IMG/VR virus record: IMGVR_UViG_3300024042_000050
Location: 1-24,727 of that record
DNA: 24,727 nucleotides
Source of the DNA: a virus
Lineage: Duplodnaviria; Caudoviricetes
Direction: 5' to 3' (one strand)
The notes under the pieces are model-generated. The model saw only the letters and a program-made list of their open reading frames with translations, had not been told where the DNA came from and did not search any database. A program made the translations under genes and the position numbers. Positions 17,176 through 24,727 of the stretch are shown one piece after another. The number at the start of each line of letters is the position of its first letter. The first letter of the stretch is position 1.

Positions 17176-17919
17176 ATGCACACCCATCCCCCCAGTGCAC
17201 ACGTGTGCACGCCAATCACCCACGCCGGGCTCCTGACCCAGTACTGGGACGGCAAACCCCGCCTCAACCGCTGGCTGCCCAAGGCCCTGGGCCTGGACGC
17301 CACGGCCAGCAAGAAGGAGCGCCGCTACCTTGAGCTGGTGGGCCGCTACATCGTCATGGCGCACGTGGCGCGCCTGCTGGAGCCGGGCTGCAAGTTCGAC
17401 CACGCGGTGCTGCTGCGCGGCCCTCAAGGCATGGGCAAATCGACGCTGGTGCAGGCGCTGGTGGGCGCAGGGCACTACAGCGACGTGCCCGCCGAGTTCA
17501 AGAACGGCTCAATGCGCCATCTTCCGCCCAGCGAATGCATCCTGGCCTATGAACTGACCGAGCTTTCCATGTTCAGCCGGGCAGAGATCGAAGGCGTGAA
17601 GGCCTTCCTCTCCTGCTGCACAGACCGCTTTCGCGCGCCCGATAGCACCTGGATAGTGGTGAAGCCGCGCCAGTTCGTCGTGTGGTGTAGCAGCGGCGAG
17701 TGCGACTACCTGAGCGACGCCACCAACCGCCGCTTCTGGGTCGTTGACGTTGCCAAGCCCGTGAACACGGCCTGGCTGCACAAACACCGCGCCCAGCTCT
17801 TCGCCGAGGCGCACCACCGCTTTCGCCAGGGCAAGCGCTTCACGCCCTCGGCGCGGCAAGAGGAACGCTACTTCGTGCCTGCGGCCCTGCGGGCCAGCAA
17901 GAAGGGCGGTGCGGCATGA
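17176..17919 (+). CDS. Stand-alone VapE-type ATPase, paralogue of the primase-helicase ATPase domain
   Basis: GGAGG RBS; GPQGMGKS Walker A, NRRFWVV, RAQLFAEA; aligns by eye with the 11184-11823 region. Confidence 0.85.
   Translation: MHTHPPSAHVCTPITHAGLLTQYWDGKPRLNRWLPKALGLDATASKKERRYLELVGRYIVMAHVARLLEPGCKFDHAVLLRGPQGMGKSTLVQALVGAGHYSDVPAEFKNGSMRHLPPSECILAYELTELSMFSRAEIEGVKAFLSCCTDRFRAPDSTWIVVKPRQFVVWCSSGECDYLSDATNRRFWVVDVAKPVNTAWLHKHRAQLFAEAHHRFRQGKRFTPSARQEERYFVPAALRASKKGGAA
17195..17210. repeat. Dispersed palindrome, copy 4 (perfect)
   Basis: GTGCACACGTGTGCAC about 50 nt downstream of the pL-like -10. Confidence 0.9.
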
Positions 17920-18614
17920 ATACCACCATTACCTTTGAGGTTGACAGCGAAAACCTGCAGTCCTACACCGACCAGTACTTGGCCGCGCTGTGGCACATCG
18001 GGCAGGCCAACCCCGCTCCTTTTGGAGATCGGGACGCCTGCCGCTTTGCCGAGGATGTGGGCAGAGAGATCATTCGCCGGTTCTTGGCGAACACCGGGCC
18101 GGAACTGTGGCACCACCAAGGGCGGCATGTGGAGGCAGTCCCCAAAACCTACGCTGCCGAGCCATCAACTATTGACGAACAGATTCGCTCCCAGGTTCAG
18201 CCGGGCGAGTTCGTCACGGTTCCAGACTTGATGCAGCGCCTGGGCCTGCCATTTGAGGCAGCGACCGAAGGGGCGCTGCGCGACGCCCTGCACCGCAACG
18301 GCTTCATGCCGCAGCGGAAAACAGGCGGCATGCGGCGCCGTGGCTTTCTCGCGCCGCCTACGCCCGCCCTTGATCCAGATCCTTCTGGATGTCTTCACGC
18401 GCCTCGCCAAGAGCGTGATAGGCCTGACGGACAGCCGCAGACATTTCCTCGCGCGGCGTCGTGTCCCGCTGCCCCGCAGCAAGAAAGCCTGCAGCCAGTT
18501 GAACAGCCTGCGCAAACCGCACTTCATCAATCGCCTGGCTCATCCGATCACCTCTCTGGTTCTGGTGGCCGGAGTCTAACGGCACAGCAGGGCCGGGAAG
18601 GCGGTGCAGCATGA
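17916..18614 (+). CDS. Chimeric hypothetical protein containing a copy of the primase-helicase C-terminal domain
   Basis: ATGA coupling at both ends; FVTVPDLMQRLG...GGMRRRGF matches FVTIPDLVQALG...GGQRRRGF. Confidence 0.7.
   Translation: MNTTITFEVDSENLQSYTDQYLAALWHIGQANPAPFGDRDACRFAEDVGREIIRRFLANTGPELWHHQGRHVEAVPKTYAAEPSTIDEQIRSQVQPGEFVTVPDLMQRLGLPFEAATEGALRDALHRNGFMPQRKTGGMRRRGFLAPPTPALDPDPSGCLHAPRQERDRPDGQPQTFPRAASCPAAPQQESLQPVEQPAQTALHQSPGSSDHLSGSGGRSLTAQQGREGGAA
18358..18543 (-). CDS. Candidate nested antisense small protein (61 aa)
   Basis: GAGGTG RBS, TAGACT -10-like hexamer upstream, amphipathic helical sequence. Confidence 0.5.
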   Translation of the reverse strand: MSQAIDEVRFAQAVQLAAGFLAAGQRDTTPREEMSAAVRQAYHALGEAREDIQKDLDQGRA

Positions 18615-18973
18615 CCACCCACCTCCCAGCCTTCCCATGGCGCGCCCAGGTGCAAAAGGGCAGCACCGGAACCCTCTGGGTACATCGCCTCGACAGCTAC
18701 TTCGGCGCCATCCCCGCCACTGTCGTGTTTCACCGGCCCCGCCCGAACGGCCTGGACGTTATCGAGGTACAGCACGACGCCGTGGCAGAGGACGGCCAGA
18801 CCATCACGCGAAACATCGCTGGCCCCTACGCATGGTTTCGCCGCAACCGCCGTGGCCGGTGGATCTCACTTGACCGCCAGCCGCATCGCTACACCGGCAC
18901 GCCCGCCTACTGCGACCAATTCGAGCCTGGCCCACAGCAGTACGTGCCCCTCCGTCTAGATATTCCGTTTTGA
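18611..18973 (+). CDS. Hypothetical phage protein
   Basis: 120 aa, ATGA-coupled, typical codon usage. Confidence 0.65.
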   Translation: MTTHLPAFPWRAQVQKGSTGTLWVHRLDSYFGAIPATVVFHRPRPNGLDVIEVQHDAVAEDGQTITRNIAGPYAWFRRNRRGRWISLDRQPHRYTGTPAYCDQFEPGPQQYVPLRLDIPF

Positions 18974-18981
18974 GGTACAGC

Positions 18982-19128
18982 ATGCCCCCCCTGCTCCCCT
19001 TCCGCATCCACTGCGCAGGCCTCAAATACATCGCCCTGGCGCCCACGTCCTGCATCGCCGTCATCGAGGCCATGGCGCGCCACAACGTGCACGGCGCGAC
19101 CGCCCGGCCGCTGGAGGCCACGCCATGA
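18982..19128 (+). CDS. Small hypothetical protein (48 aa; not in the ORF track)
   Basis: GAGGT RBS; MPPLLPFRIHCAGLKYIALAPTSCIAVIEAMARH...; ATGA overlap with the next gene. Confidence 0.6.
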   Translation: MPPLLPFRIHCAGLKYIALAPTSCIAVIEAMARHNVHGATARPLEATP

Positions 19129-19328
19129 GCGCGCCCGTGCAGATCGACGGCCCGCACCGCCCGCGCGGCCGCACGCGCCTGCTGCGCGCGCTGGCTACCG
19201 CCCGCTCCCCCCTGGGCACGGTGTTGGCCATGGCGCTGCTGCTGCTTGCCGCAGCCGCTACCGGCTACCTCGCAGCCCTGCCCGCCGCCGTGCACACGTG
19301 TGCAACCACCCCACCCGCCAGGAGCTGA
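19125..19328 (+). CDS. Small putative membrane protein
   Basis: GGAGG RBS; hydrophobic LGTVLAMALLLLAAAATGYLAAL segment. Confidence 0.6.
   Translation: MSAPVQIDGPHRPRGRTRLLRALATARSPLGTVLAMALLLLAAAATGYLAALPAAVHTCATTPPARS
19290..19305. repeat. Dispersed palindrome, copy 5 (GTGCACACGTGTGCAA)
   Basis: 15/16 match to consensus. Confidence 0.85.
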
Positions 19329-19329
19329 C

Positions 19330-19635
19330 ATGCCTCGCGCCCAGAACACCACCGGCGTGCACATGCACGCCAAGCCCACACCCATGCCCCGCACGAGTGG
19401 CCTGCAGCCGCTCCCCAACGCGGCCCGCATCCACACCCACAAGCTGGATCTGCGCAGCATGCCGCGCGCCGAGGCGCCCGCCTGGCGCACCAGCGCGCCG
19501 TACACCTGCCCCGAGCTGCGCCAGCCCACGACCATCTCGCCCGCACGCATGGCCGCCTTTGCCCTGCCCAGCCGCACCGGCGCCACGCTGCGCTTTCCTG
19601 ACGGGCGCATCACCCACTCTCCGCTGGAGGCATGA
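19330..19635 (+). CDS. Hypothetical phage protein
   Basis: AGGAG RBS; YTCPELR...AFALPSR; ATGA overlap with the ParB-like gene. Confidence 0.65.
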   Translation: MPRAQNTTGVHMHAKPTPMPRTSGLQPLPNAARIHTHKLDLRSMPRAEAPAWRTSAPYTCPELRQPTTISPARMAAFALPSRTGATLRFPDGRITHSPLEA

Positions 19636-22034
19636 CCATGGCCACCGACCAACACGACCAGGCCACCGCCGCAATTCCACTGCCCGGCGCCGGGCCGCGC
19701 ATGTTCATGGCGCCCGTGGCGAGCATCGTTGCCAGCCTGACGAACCCGCGCAAGACGTTTGACCAGGCCAAGCTGCGCGAGCTGGCCGACAGCATTGCTG
19801 CCAGCGGCGTGCACCAGCCCATTCTGGTGCGGCCCCTGCCACCCGAGCGCCTGGCCGATACCTCGCGCGCCCGCAGTGCCGTGCCGGTGTGGCCCATTGC
19901 CACCACGCGCAAGACCGAGCCCATCGAATACGAGCTGGTGGCCGGTGAGCGCCGCTGGCGTGCCTGCCAGCTGGCGGGCGTGGCCGAGATCCCGGTGATG
20001 GTGCGGCACCTGGGTGACGAGCAGGTGTTGGAGATCCAGATCGTTGAGAACCTGCAGCGCGAGGATGTAACCGAGCTGGAAGAGGCCGAGGGCTACGAGG
20101 TGCTGATGTGCCATGGCAACCTCAACGCCGACCAGGTGGGCGCCAAGATCGGCAAGAGCCGCAGCTACGTCTACGCCCGCCTCAAGCTGCTTGACCTGTG
20201 CGCCAAGGCTCGCGAGGCGCTGCGCGAAGGCAAAATCGATTTCAGTCGGGGCCTGCTGATCGCGCGCATCCCCGACGAAGGCCTGCAGCTGCAGGCGCTG
20301 AAATTCTGCACGCAGCCGCGCTACGGCGGCGGAGGGCCCAGTTACCGCGAGTGCGCCACCCACGTCCAGCAGAACTACATGCTCAAGCTGAGCGCGGCCA
20401 AGTTCAAAATCACCGACGCCGATCTTGTGCCAAAGGCTGGAAGCTGCAAGGAGTGCCCCAAGCGCACCGGCGCCAATCCAGACCTCTTCCAGGACGTGGA
20501 CGGTGCAGACGTGTGCACCGACCCCAAGTGCTACCACGCCAAGGAAGAGGCCCACAGCATCGCCATCAAGAAGGCCGCGCTGGAGAGCGGCGCGCACATC
20601 ATCGAAGGCCGTGAGGCCAAGGCCCTCATGCCCAACGCGTGGAGCAGTGAGGTCAAGGGCTACCTGCGGCTGGACGACAAGAGCGACAGCCCTACCGACA
20701 AGCCGCTGCGCAAGCTCATCGGCAAGGCCATGGAGCAGCAAGGCATCAAGCCCACTCTGGTGGCCAACCCGCACAAGGGCGGCGAGCTGGTGGCCGTCAT
20801 CACTCTAGACCAAGCCGACGTGCTGCTCAAAGCAGCCAACCAGGAAGAGGCCGCGTCCAAGCTCAACCAGGATGCCCAGCGGGACGCAGAAAGCGCAAAG
20901 CGCCAGGCTGCGGCCGAGGCCAAGACCGCCTATGAAGAGCAATGGCGCTGGGATCTGCTGGCCGCCACCTGGGCGGAGATCACTGGCGGTACGCACGAAT
21001 GCCCTGCCGACGCCGTGCTGCGCCACATTGCCACCGACATGGCCAAGGCCCTGAACCAGGACAAGGCCAAGAAGCTGTGCAAGCTGCTCGACCTGGGCAA
21101 GGTGGCCCCGGTGGCAGGCCTATTGCAGTACATCGCAGACACCGACGCACCTGGCGATGCGCTGCAGCTGATGGTGATGTTCCAAGACGTGGAATACCGC
21201 CACTGGCTGCCCACCGAAGACACCAACAAGGGCCTGCTGATGGTGGCCCAAGACTTCGGCGTGGATGTGGAAGGCATCAAGGCCAGGACCAAAGCCAACC
21301 AACGGGCCGCTGCCAAGGCCAAAACCGAGCGCGAAACCCTCAAAGCTGCAGCCCAGAATGCCGCCTCTACCCCGCCCCCCGCTGCGCAAGCCAGTCCTAC
21401 GCGCGCGAAGGCCAAAAAATCCACGGCCCCGGCTGCGCTGGCGCGCGATGCCGCGCGCGTGAAGACCACGGCGGCCGAGGCCCAGGCGCAGATTGCGGCC
21501 GAGCTGCGGGCGCTGGAGGAAGCAAATCAGGCGCCTGCGGCGCAAGGCGACGATGCTGCGGCTGTCGCTGGCGCGCAGCCGCAGGCCGCGCCCCGTGGCG
21601 GCGCCGCTGGCGGTGCACAGGCCACTGAGCAGGCGCCTGCGGCGCAGGGCAACGAAGCGCCACCAGCTGCTCGCGCGCTGGCGGCGGCAAGCGCCCTGCC
21701 CCTGGCCAGCGCCACGTGCGCAACCCCGGCGCCCGCGCAGCCCAGCGCCCCAGCGGCAGACCCCGCCCAGGCGGCCGCCTGCGCCGCTGCGCCCAGTGGC
21801 CAGGCCCGTGCAGGCGTGGACACCGGGGCAGCAGAGCAGGTGGTGGGCATCGGTGCGCGCGTGCGGGTCAACGAGACGGCCACCGGCAAGCAGCAAAAAC
21901 CATGGATCGGCTACGAGGGCAACGTGGTGGCGCAGATCGGCCCTAGCGCATGGGATGTGGCCATCGAGCGCAGCAAGCGCTGCGCGCCCAAGCGGGTGGG
22001 TTTTGATGTGACAGAGCTGGAGGTGCTGACATGA
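19632..22034 (+). CDS. Large ParB/RepB/Spo0J-family protein
   Basis: NPRKTFD..L.ELADSI..GVHQPILVR, ELVAGERRWRA, IVENLQRED, HTH ADQVGAKIGKSRSYVYARLKLL; Cys cluster; long C-terminal extension. Confidence 0.9.
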   Translation: MTMATDQHDQATAAIPLPGAGPRMFMAPVASIVASLTNPRKTFDQAKLRELADSIAASGVHQPILVRPLPPERLADTSRARSAVPVWPIATTRKTEPIEYELVAGERRWRACQLAGVAEIPVMVRHLGDEQVLEIQIVENLQREDVTELEEAEGYEVLMCHGNLNADQVGAKIGKSRSYVYARLKLLDLCAKAREALREGKIDFSRGLLIARIPDEGLQLQALKFCTQPRYGGGGPSYRECATHVQQNYMLKLSAAKFKITDADLVPKAGSCKECPKRTGANPDLFQDVDGADVCTDPKCYHAKEEAHSIAIKKAALESGAHIIEGREAKALMPNAWSSEVKGYLRLDDKSDSPTDKPLRKLIGKAMEQQGIKPTLVANPHKGGELVAVITLDQADVLLKAANQEEAASKLNQDAQRDAESAKRQAAAEAKTAYEEQWRWDLLAATWAEITGGTHECPADAVLRHIATDMAKALNQDKAKKLCKLLDLGKVAPVAGLLQYIADTDAPGDALQLMVMFQDVEYRHWLPTEDTNKGLLMVAQDFGVDVEGIKARTKANQRAAAKAKTERETLKAAAQNAASTPPPAAQASPTRAKAKKSTAPAALARDAARVKTTAAEAQAQIAAELRALEEANQAPAAQGDDAAAVAGAQPQAAPRGGAAGGAQATEQAPAAQGNEAPPAARALAAASALPLASATCATPAPAQPSAPAADPAQAAACAAAPSGQARAGVDTGAAEQVVGIGARVRVNETATGKQQKPWIGYEGNVVAQIGPSAWDVAIERSKRCAPKRVGFDVTELEVLT
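20501..20520. repeat. Dispersed palindrome, copy 6 (CG-GTGCAGACGTGTGCAC-CG)
   Basis: 15/16 match at 20503-20518 with 2-bp symmetric extension, inside the ParB-like gene. Confidence 0.85.
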
Positions 22035-22339
22035 ATATCCGCAAGAACAAAAAGCGGGTGTACCGCCAGTTTCGCAAAGAGCTGCTCACGCGGGAATTCC
22101 ACCGGCGATTAGCCCGTCGAGCAGTCAATCTGATGGTGGAGGACTGGAATAAGCGCGTTATTGGCGCGGTGGGCAAGCATCTTTACATACAGCACCAGGA
22201 ACTCATCAAAGCTTTCTGCGCACTTGAAACCGCTATCAGCGGTGGAACGACGACGTTCGGCGTAGCAACAAATGGCCTCCTAGGCAATGGATTGAGCGCA
22301 TTTGACTCACACGTCCGCACCACAGGAGGCAGCGAATGA
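22031..22339 (+). CDS. Hypothetical protein (basic N-terminus, lower GC)
   Basis: GGAGG RBS; ATGA coupling at both ends. Confidence 0.6.
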   Translation: MNIRKNKKRVYRQFRKELLTREFHRRLARRAVNLMVEDWNKRVIGAVGKHLYIQHQELIKAFCALETAISGGTTTFGVATNGLLGNGLSAFDSHVRTTGGSE

Positions 22340-22971
22340 CCGGCCGCAGCACTCTCCGCAAACCACGCCAGGCTCTGCTGCGCTGCCAGATTGCCCACCG
22401 CCCGCTGCCCATGGCCCGGATCATGGCGGCCGCACGCGCCAGGCACCTGCGCCGGATGGAGCGCGGGCAATGCTCGCGCGAGCACCGTCGTCAGTGGCTC
22501 TGCGCCAGGGCGTACCACGCGGCCCACCACGCCCGGCTGCGCGTCACGTACCTGACGCCCGCCGAGGTGCACGCCACCCTGGCCCCGGCCTGGGCGTGCC
22601 TGGCCCGCCTGCGCGAGGGCGTGGCCACCGAAGACCAGCACACCGTGCTGGCCACGCACCTGGCGATTGCCGTGGCCATCGAGGACAGCGGCATCGTGCG
22701 CGGCATGCGTGAGCATTTCGACAGCGCAATGGCCGCGCTGGCGGCCATACGCGCACGCGCCCTCGCCTCGGGCGCATGGCTGCCGCAGCAGCTGGAGTTT
22801 CACGAGATCGACGCCCTGGCCGAGGCCGTGGATCTGCACCGCCACCAGCTTGCCTACGTGAGCAGCGGCGAGCTGCGCGACATCACGACCAAGTTGATAG
22901 CCCGCACCCGGAGCACGGGCGGCAAGGCGGTGCGCACCACAACCCAAAACATCGGCCTGGTGGCCGCGTGA
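22336..22971 (+). CDS. Hypothetical phage protein
   Basis: GGAGG RBS; helical C-terminal two-thirds (LARLREGVATEDQ...EIDALAEAVDLHRHQL). Confidence 0.7.
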   Translation: MTGRSTLRKPRQALLRCQIAHRPLPMARIMAAARARHLRRMERGQCSREHRRQWLCARAYHAAHHARLRVTYLTPAEVHATLAPAWACLARLREGVATEDQHTVLATHLAIAVAIEDSGIVRGMREHFDSAMAALAAIRARALASGAWLPQQLEFHEIDALAEAVDLHRHQLAYVSSGELRDITTKLIARTRSTGGKAVRTTTQNIGLVAA

Positions 22972-22973
22972 GG

Positions 22974-23288
22974 ATGACCATGACAGACCACATTCAGCTG
23001 CCAGCACCGGACTACACAGAGACCGTGCATGGCTTCGTGCACGACACCCAGCGCCACTACTACGCCGAGGAAACCATGCGCGCGTATGCCGAGCGCCTGC
23101 ACGCCGCGCGCGTCAACAGCCCGGCCATCATGCAGGCCATTGGCCTGCTGACCATCCTGCAGAGCTGGATCGGCCCGCGCCGCCCGGAGAACAGCGAACC
23201 CGAGGAGCAGACCCTTTGGGATCAGATAGAGGCTACGCGCACTGCGCTAGCGCCTATAGAAAAGGCCAAGGAGGCACGGCATGGCTGA
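22974..23288 (+). CDS. Hypothetical phage protein
   Basis: 104 aa from ATG 22974 (or 22980); overlaps the xis start. Confidence 0.6.
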   Translation: MTMTDHIQLPAPDYTETVHGFVHDTQRHYYAEETMRAYAERLHAARVNSPAIMQAIGLLTILQSWIGPRRPENSEPEEQTLWDQIEATRTALAPIEKAKEARHG

Positions 23289-23613
23289 CACGATCAACGC
23301 CGAGCAGTGCGCCGAGTTGCTGCAGTGCACTGCCGAAACCGTGGAAGAACTCACCCGCAAAGGCGAGCTGCCGGGCGTTAAGTTTGGCCGTGGCTGGATT
23401 TACGTGAAAACGGATCTGCTGGCGTACCTGGCCGAGAAAGCGCGGCAGGACGCGGAGGAGCGCCGCCTGCAGTTTGTAAAGCGCCTGCGCACGCCTGCAC
23501 CGCTGGCCAGCGTGGTCAGGCCGCGCCGACAGACTCCCCCGGCCCTTCCTCAACCGCCCACAGCCGCGCTGCAAGGTCTTCACTGCGGAAACTCGCATAG
23601 CGCTGCGCCATGA
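23281..23613 (+). CDS. xis: Excisionase-like HTH DNA-binding protein
   Basis: INAEQCAELLQCTAETVEELTRKGELPGVKFGRGWIY motif; AAGGAGG RBS; adjacent to integrase. Confidence 0.8.
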   Translation: MADTINAEQCAELLQCTAETVEELTRKGELPGVKFGRGWIYVKTDLLAYLAEKARQDAEERRLQFVKRLRTPAPLASVVRPRRQTPPALPQPPTAALQGLHCGNSHSAAP

Positions 23614-24727
23614 GGCTACCCGGCTTCCAGCCCATGATCTTGTTCAGCTCTTCCAGCCGGAACAAGGGCACGCCCCGGGCGTCTTTCATCTCCAGCCAGC
23701 GGCAGGTAGCCTCATGCCGCAGGTCGTGCTCCCGCAGCCCATGGATGTCCATGTACTCAAAGGCTATCTTGAAGCGGAGCGAAAGCCGCTGGCTGACCGT
23801 TTTCTCGCCCTTCACGCCCTCTTCCTCCATGAATGGGAAGAACCACGCACCGGGAAGCATGGGCCGGGTGGCCAGGTAACTTGCCAGCGCGGCGTGTACG
23901 GCGGGTGTCATGGGCACATCGCGGTAAGCCACCGCCCCGCGCCACTGCTTCGAGCTTTGTACGCGCAGCACCTTGGCATCCATGTCCACCTGGTGGCGGC
24001 GCAGCGTGTAGGCCTCTTTCAGGCGCAGGCCCGTATTGACGATCAGCAGATAGAGCGTAAGCAGCGCCGTGCCGCCCTTGAGCTGCAAGCCACGCATCCG
24101 ATCTGGCCGTTCGTAGCCAGAAAGCACCTGCACAATCTTTTCGTGCTCGCCCGGCAGCAAGCGCCGGTCTCGCTCCATGCTAGCCTTTGGCTTACCTCCA
24201 CGCGCCTGCACTTGCTTTGCTTCGGCCTCGCCATAGGCGCTGTAGCCGCGTGGTAGCAGCCGCACGGGGTTGACAACCTTCAGACCGGGGTGGTGCCGCA
24301 AGTATTCATCTATCGACCGCCCCAGCGCCTGGATGCGATGCTTGATGCTGATGGGCGAGAGGTTTTTTTCGACTTTCAACTGCCGCAGGTAACCCGTGAG
24401 CCAGGTGTAGTCGGCCTCTGCCAACTTGACGCTGCCCACCTCGCGCGTCAGCGTCCTCAGCGTGAGGAGCTGGGTGGGGGCGGCAAAGCCGCTCTCCGAC
24501 CATTCGCCGAACACACGCACCAGGCGCACACCGCCATCGGGGCCAGCAGGCTGCGTGAGCGCGGTAGGCGGCTGCAGGCCAGCGCCCTTCATCAACTTCC
24601 ACTGCCGGGCGTAGACCTCGGCCTCTTCGGCCGTGTCAAACGTGAAGTACTTGCGTCCACCGGGCAACGACGGGTGCCGCAGCCCGATTTCCCATTTGCC
24701 CGAGGGCTTTTGCCTTGGTTTTGCCAT
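23516..24727 (-). CDS. int: Tyrosine recombinase (prophage integrase)
   Basis: TGLR, HDLRHEA, MGW and RYA catalytic motifs; 403 aa. Confidence 0.92.
   Translation of the reverse strand: MAKPRQKPSGKWEIGLRHPSLPGGRKYFTFDTAEEAEVYARQWKLMKGAGLQPPTALTQPAGPDGGVRLVRVFGEWSESGFAAPTQLLTLRTLTREVGSVKLAEADYTWLTGYLRQLKVEKNLSPISIKHRIQALGRSIDEYLRHHPGLKVVNPVRLLPRGYSAYGEAEAKQVQARGGKPKASMERDRRLLPGEHEKIVQVLSGYERPDRMRGLQLKGGTALLTLYLLIVNTGLRLKEAYTLRRHQVDMDAKVLRVQSSKQWRGAVAYRDVPMTPAVHAALASYLATRPMLPGAWFFPFMEEEGVKGEKTVSQRLSLRFKIAFEYMDIHGLREHDLRHEATCRWLEMKDARGVPLFRLEELNKIMGWKPGSLMAQRYASFRSEDLAARLWAVEEGPGESVGAA

Larger units (their letters stand above)
1..24727. mobile_element. Temperate lambdoid/HK97-like prophage (partial; continues left of position 1)
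   Basis: Contiguous integration, immunity, replication, packaging, head and tail modules; att sites not in the window. Confidence 0.95.

Noticed and set aside
17176-17919. Second VapE as an assembly artefact or pseudogene
   Set aside because: Substantially diverged from the first copy, with an open frame, strong RBS and coupling to the next gene
1088-20520. Palindrome copies as a CRISPR array or REP/terminator set
   Set aside because: Copies are kilobases apart, mostly intragenic, have no loop or U-tract, and no cas genes are present
22305-22320. ACTCACACGTCCGCAC as a seventh palindrome copy
   Set aside because: Only 11/16 match and symmetry is broken
24700-24727. att site or tRNA target
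   Set aside because: The window ends at the integrase start codon, so flanking sequence is not visible

Overview
GC-rich window that is entirely part of an integrated temperate siphophage with lambdoid organisation and an HK97-type head. A Betaproteobacteria-like host is an inference only. From the right end it contains: tyrosine integrase and excisionase; an early pL-type operon on + (truncated second VapE-type ATPase, small ORFs, an 800-aa ParB/Spo0J-family protein); an immunity region (DUF4236 accessory gene, peptidase-less CI, Cro) with TACC-N4-GGTA operators; a pR-type operon on - (CII-like, HTH, primase-VapE helicase, candidate origin, Q-like antiterminator); a late promoter and terminator; HNH, cos region, terminases, portal, protease, capsid, neck genes and tail tube. 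Lysis and distal tail genes are not in the window. Most notable: (1) a 16-bp palindrome GTGCACACGTGTGCAC with parS-like geometry occurs six times across the prophage, mostly inside ORFs, alongside a ParB with a KorB-like layout and no ParA in the window; (2) the first two early genes carry split copies of the phage's own helicase domain (sensor-1 Asn lost) and its C-terminal winged-helix-like domain; (3) small antisense genes are embedded in the early operons. All calls come from reading motifs and synteny; no searches were run.
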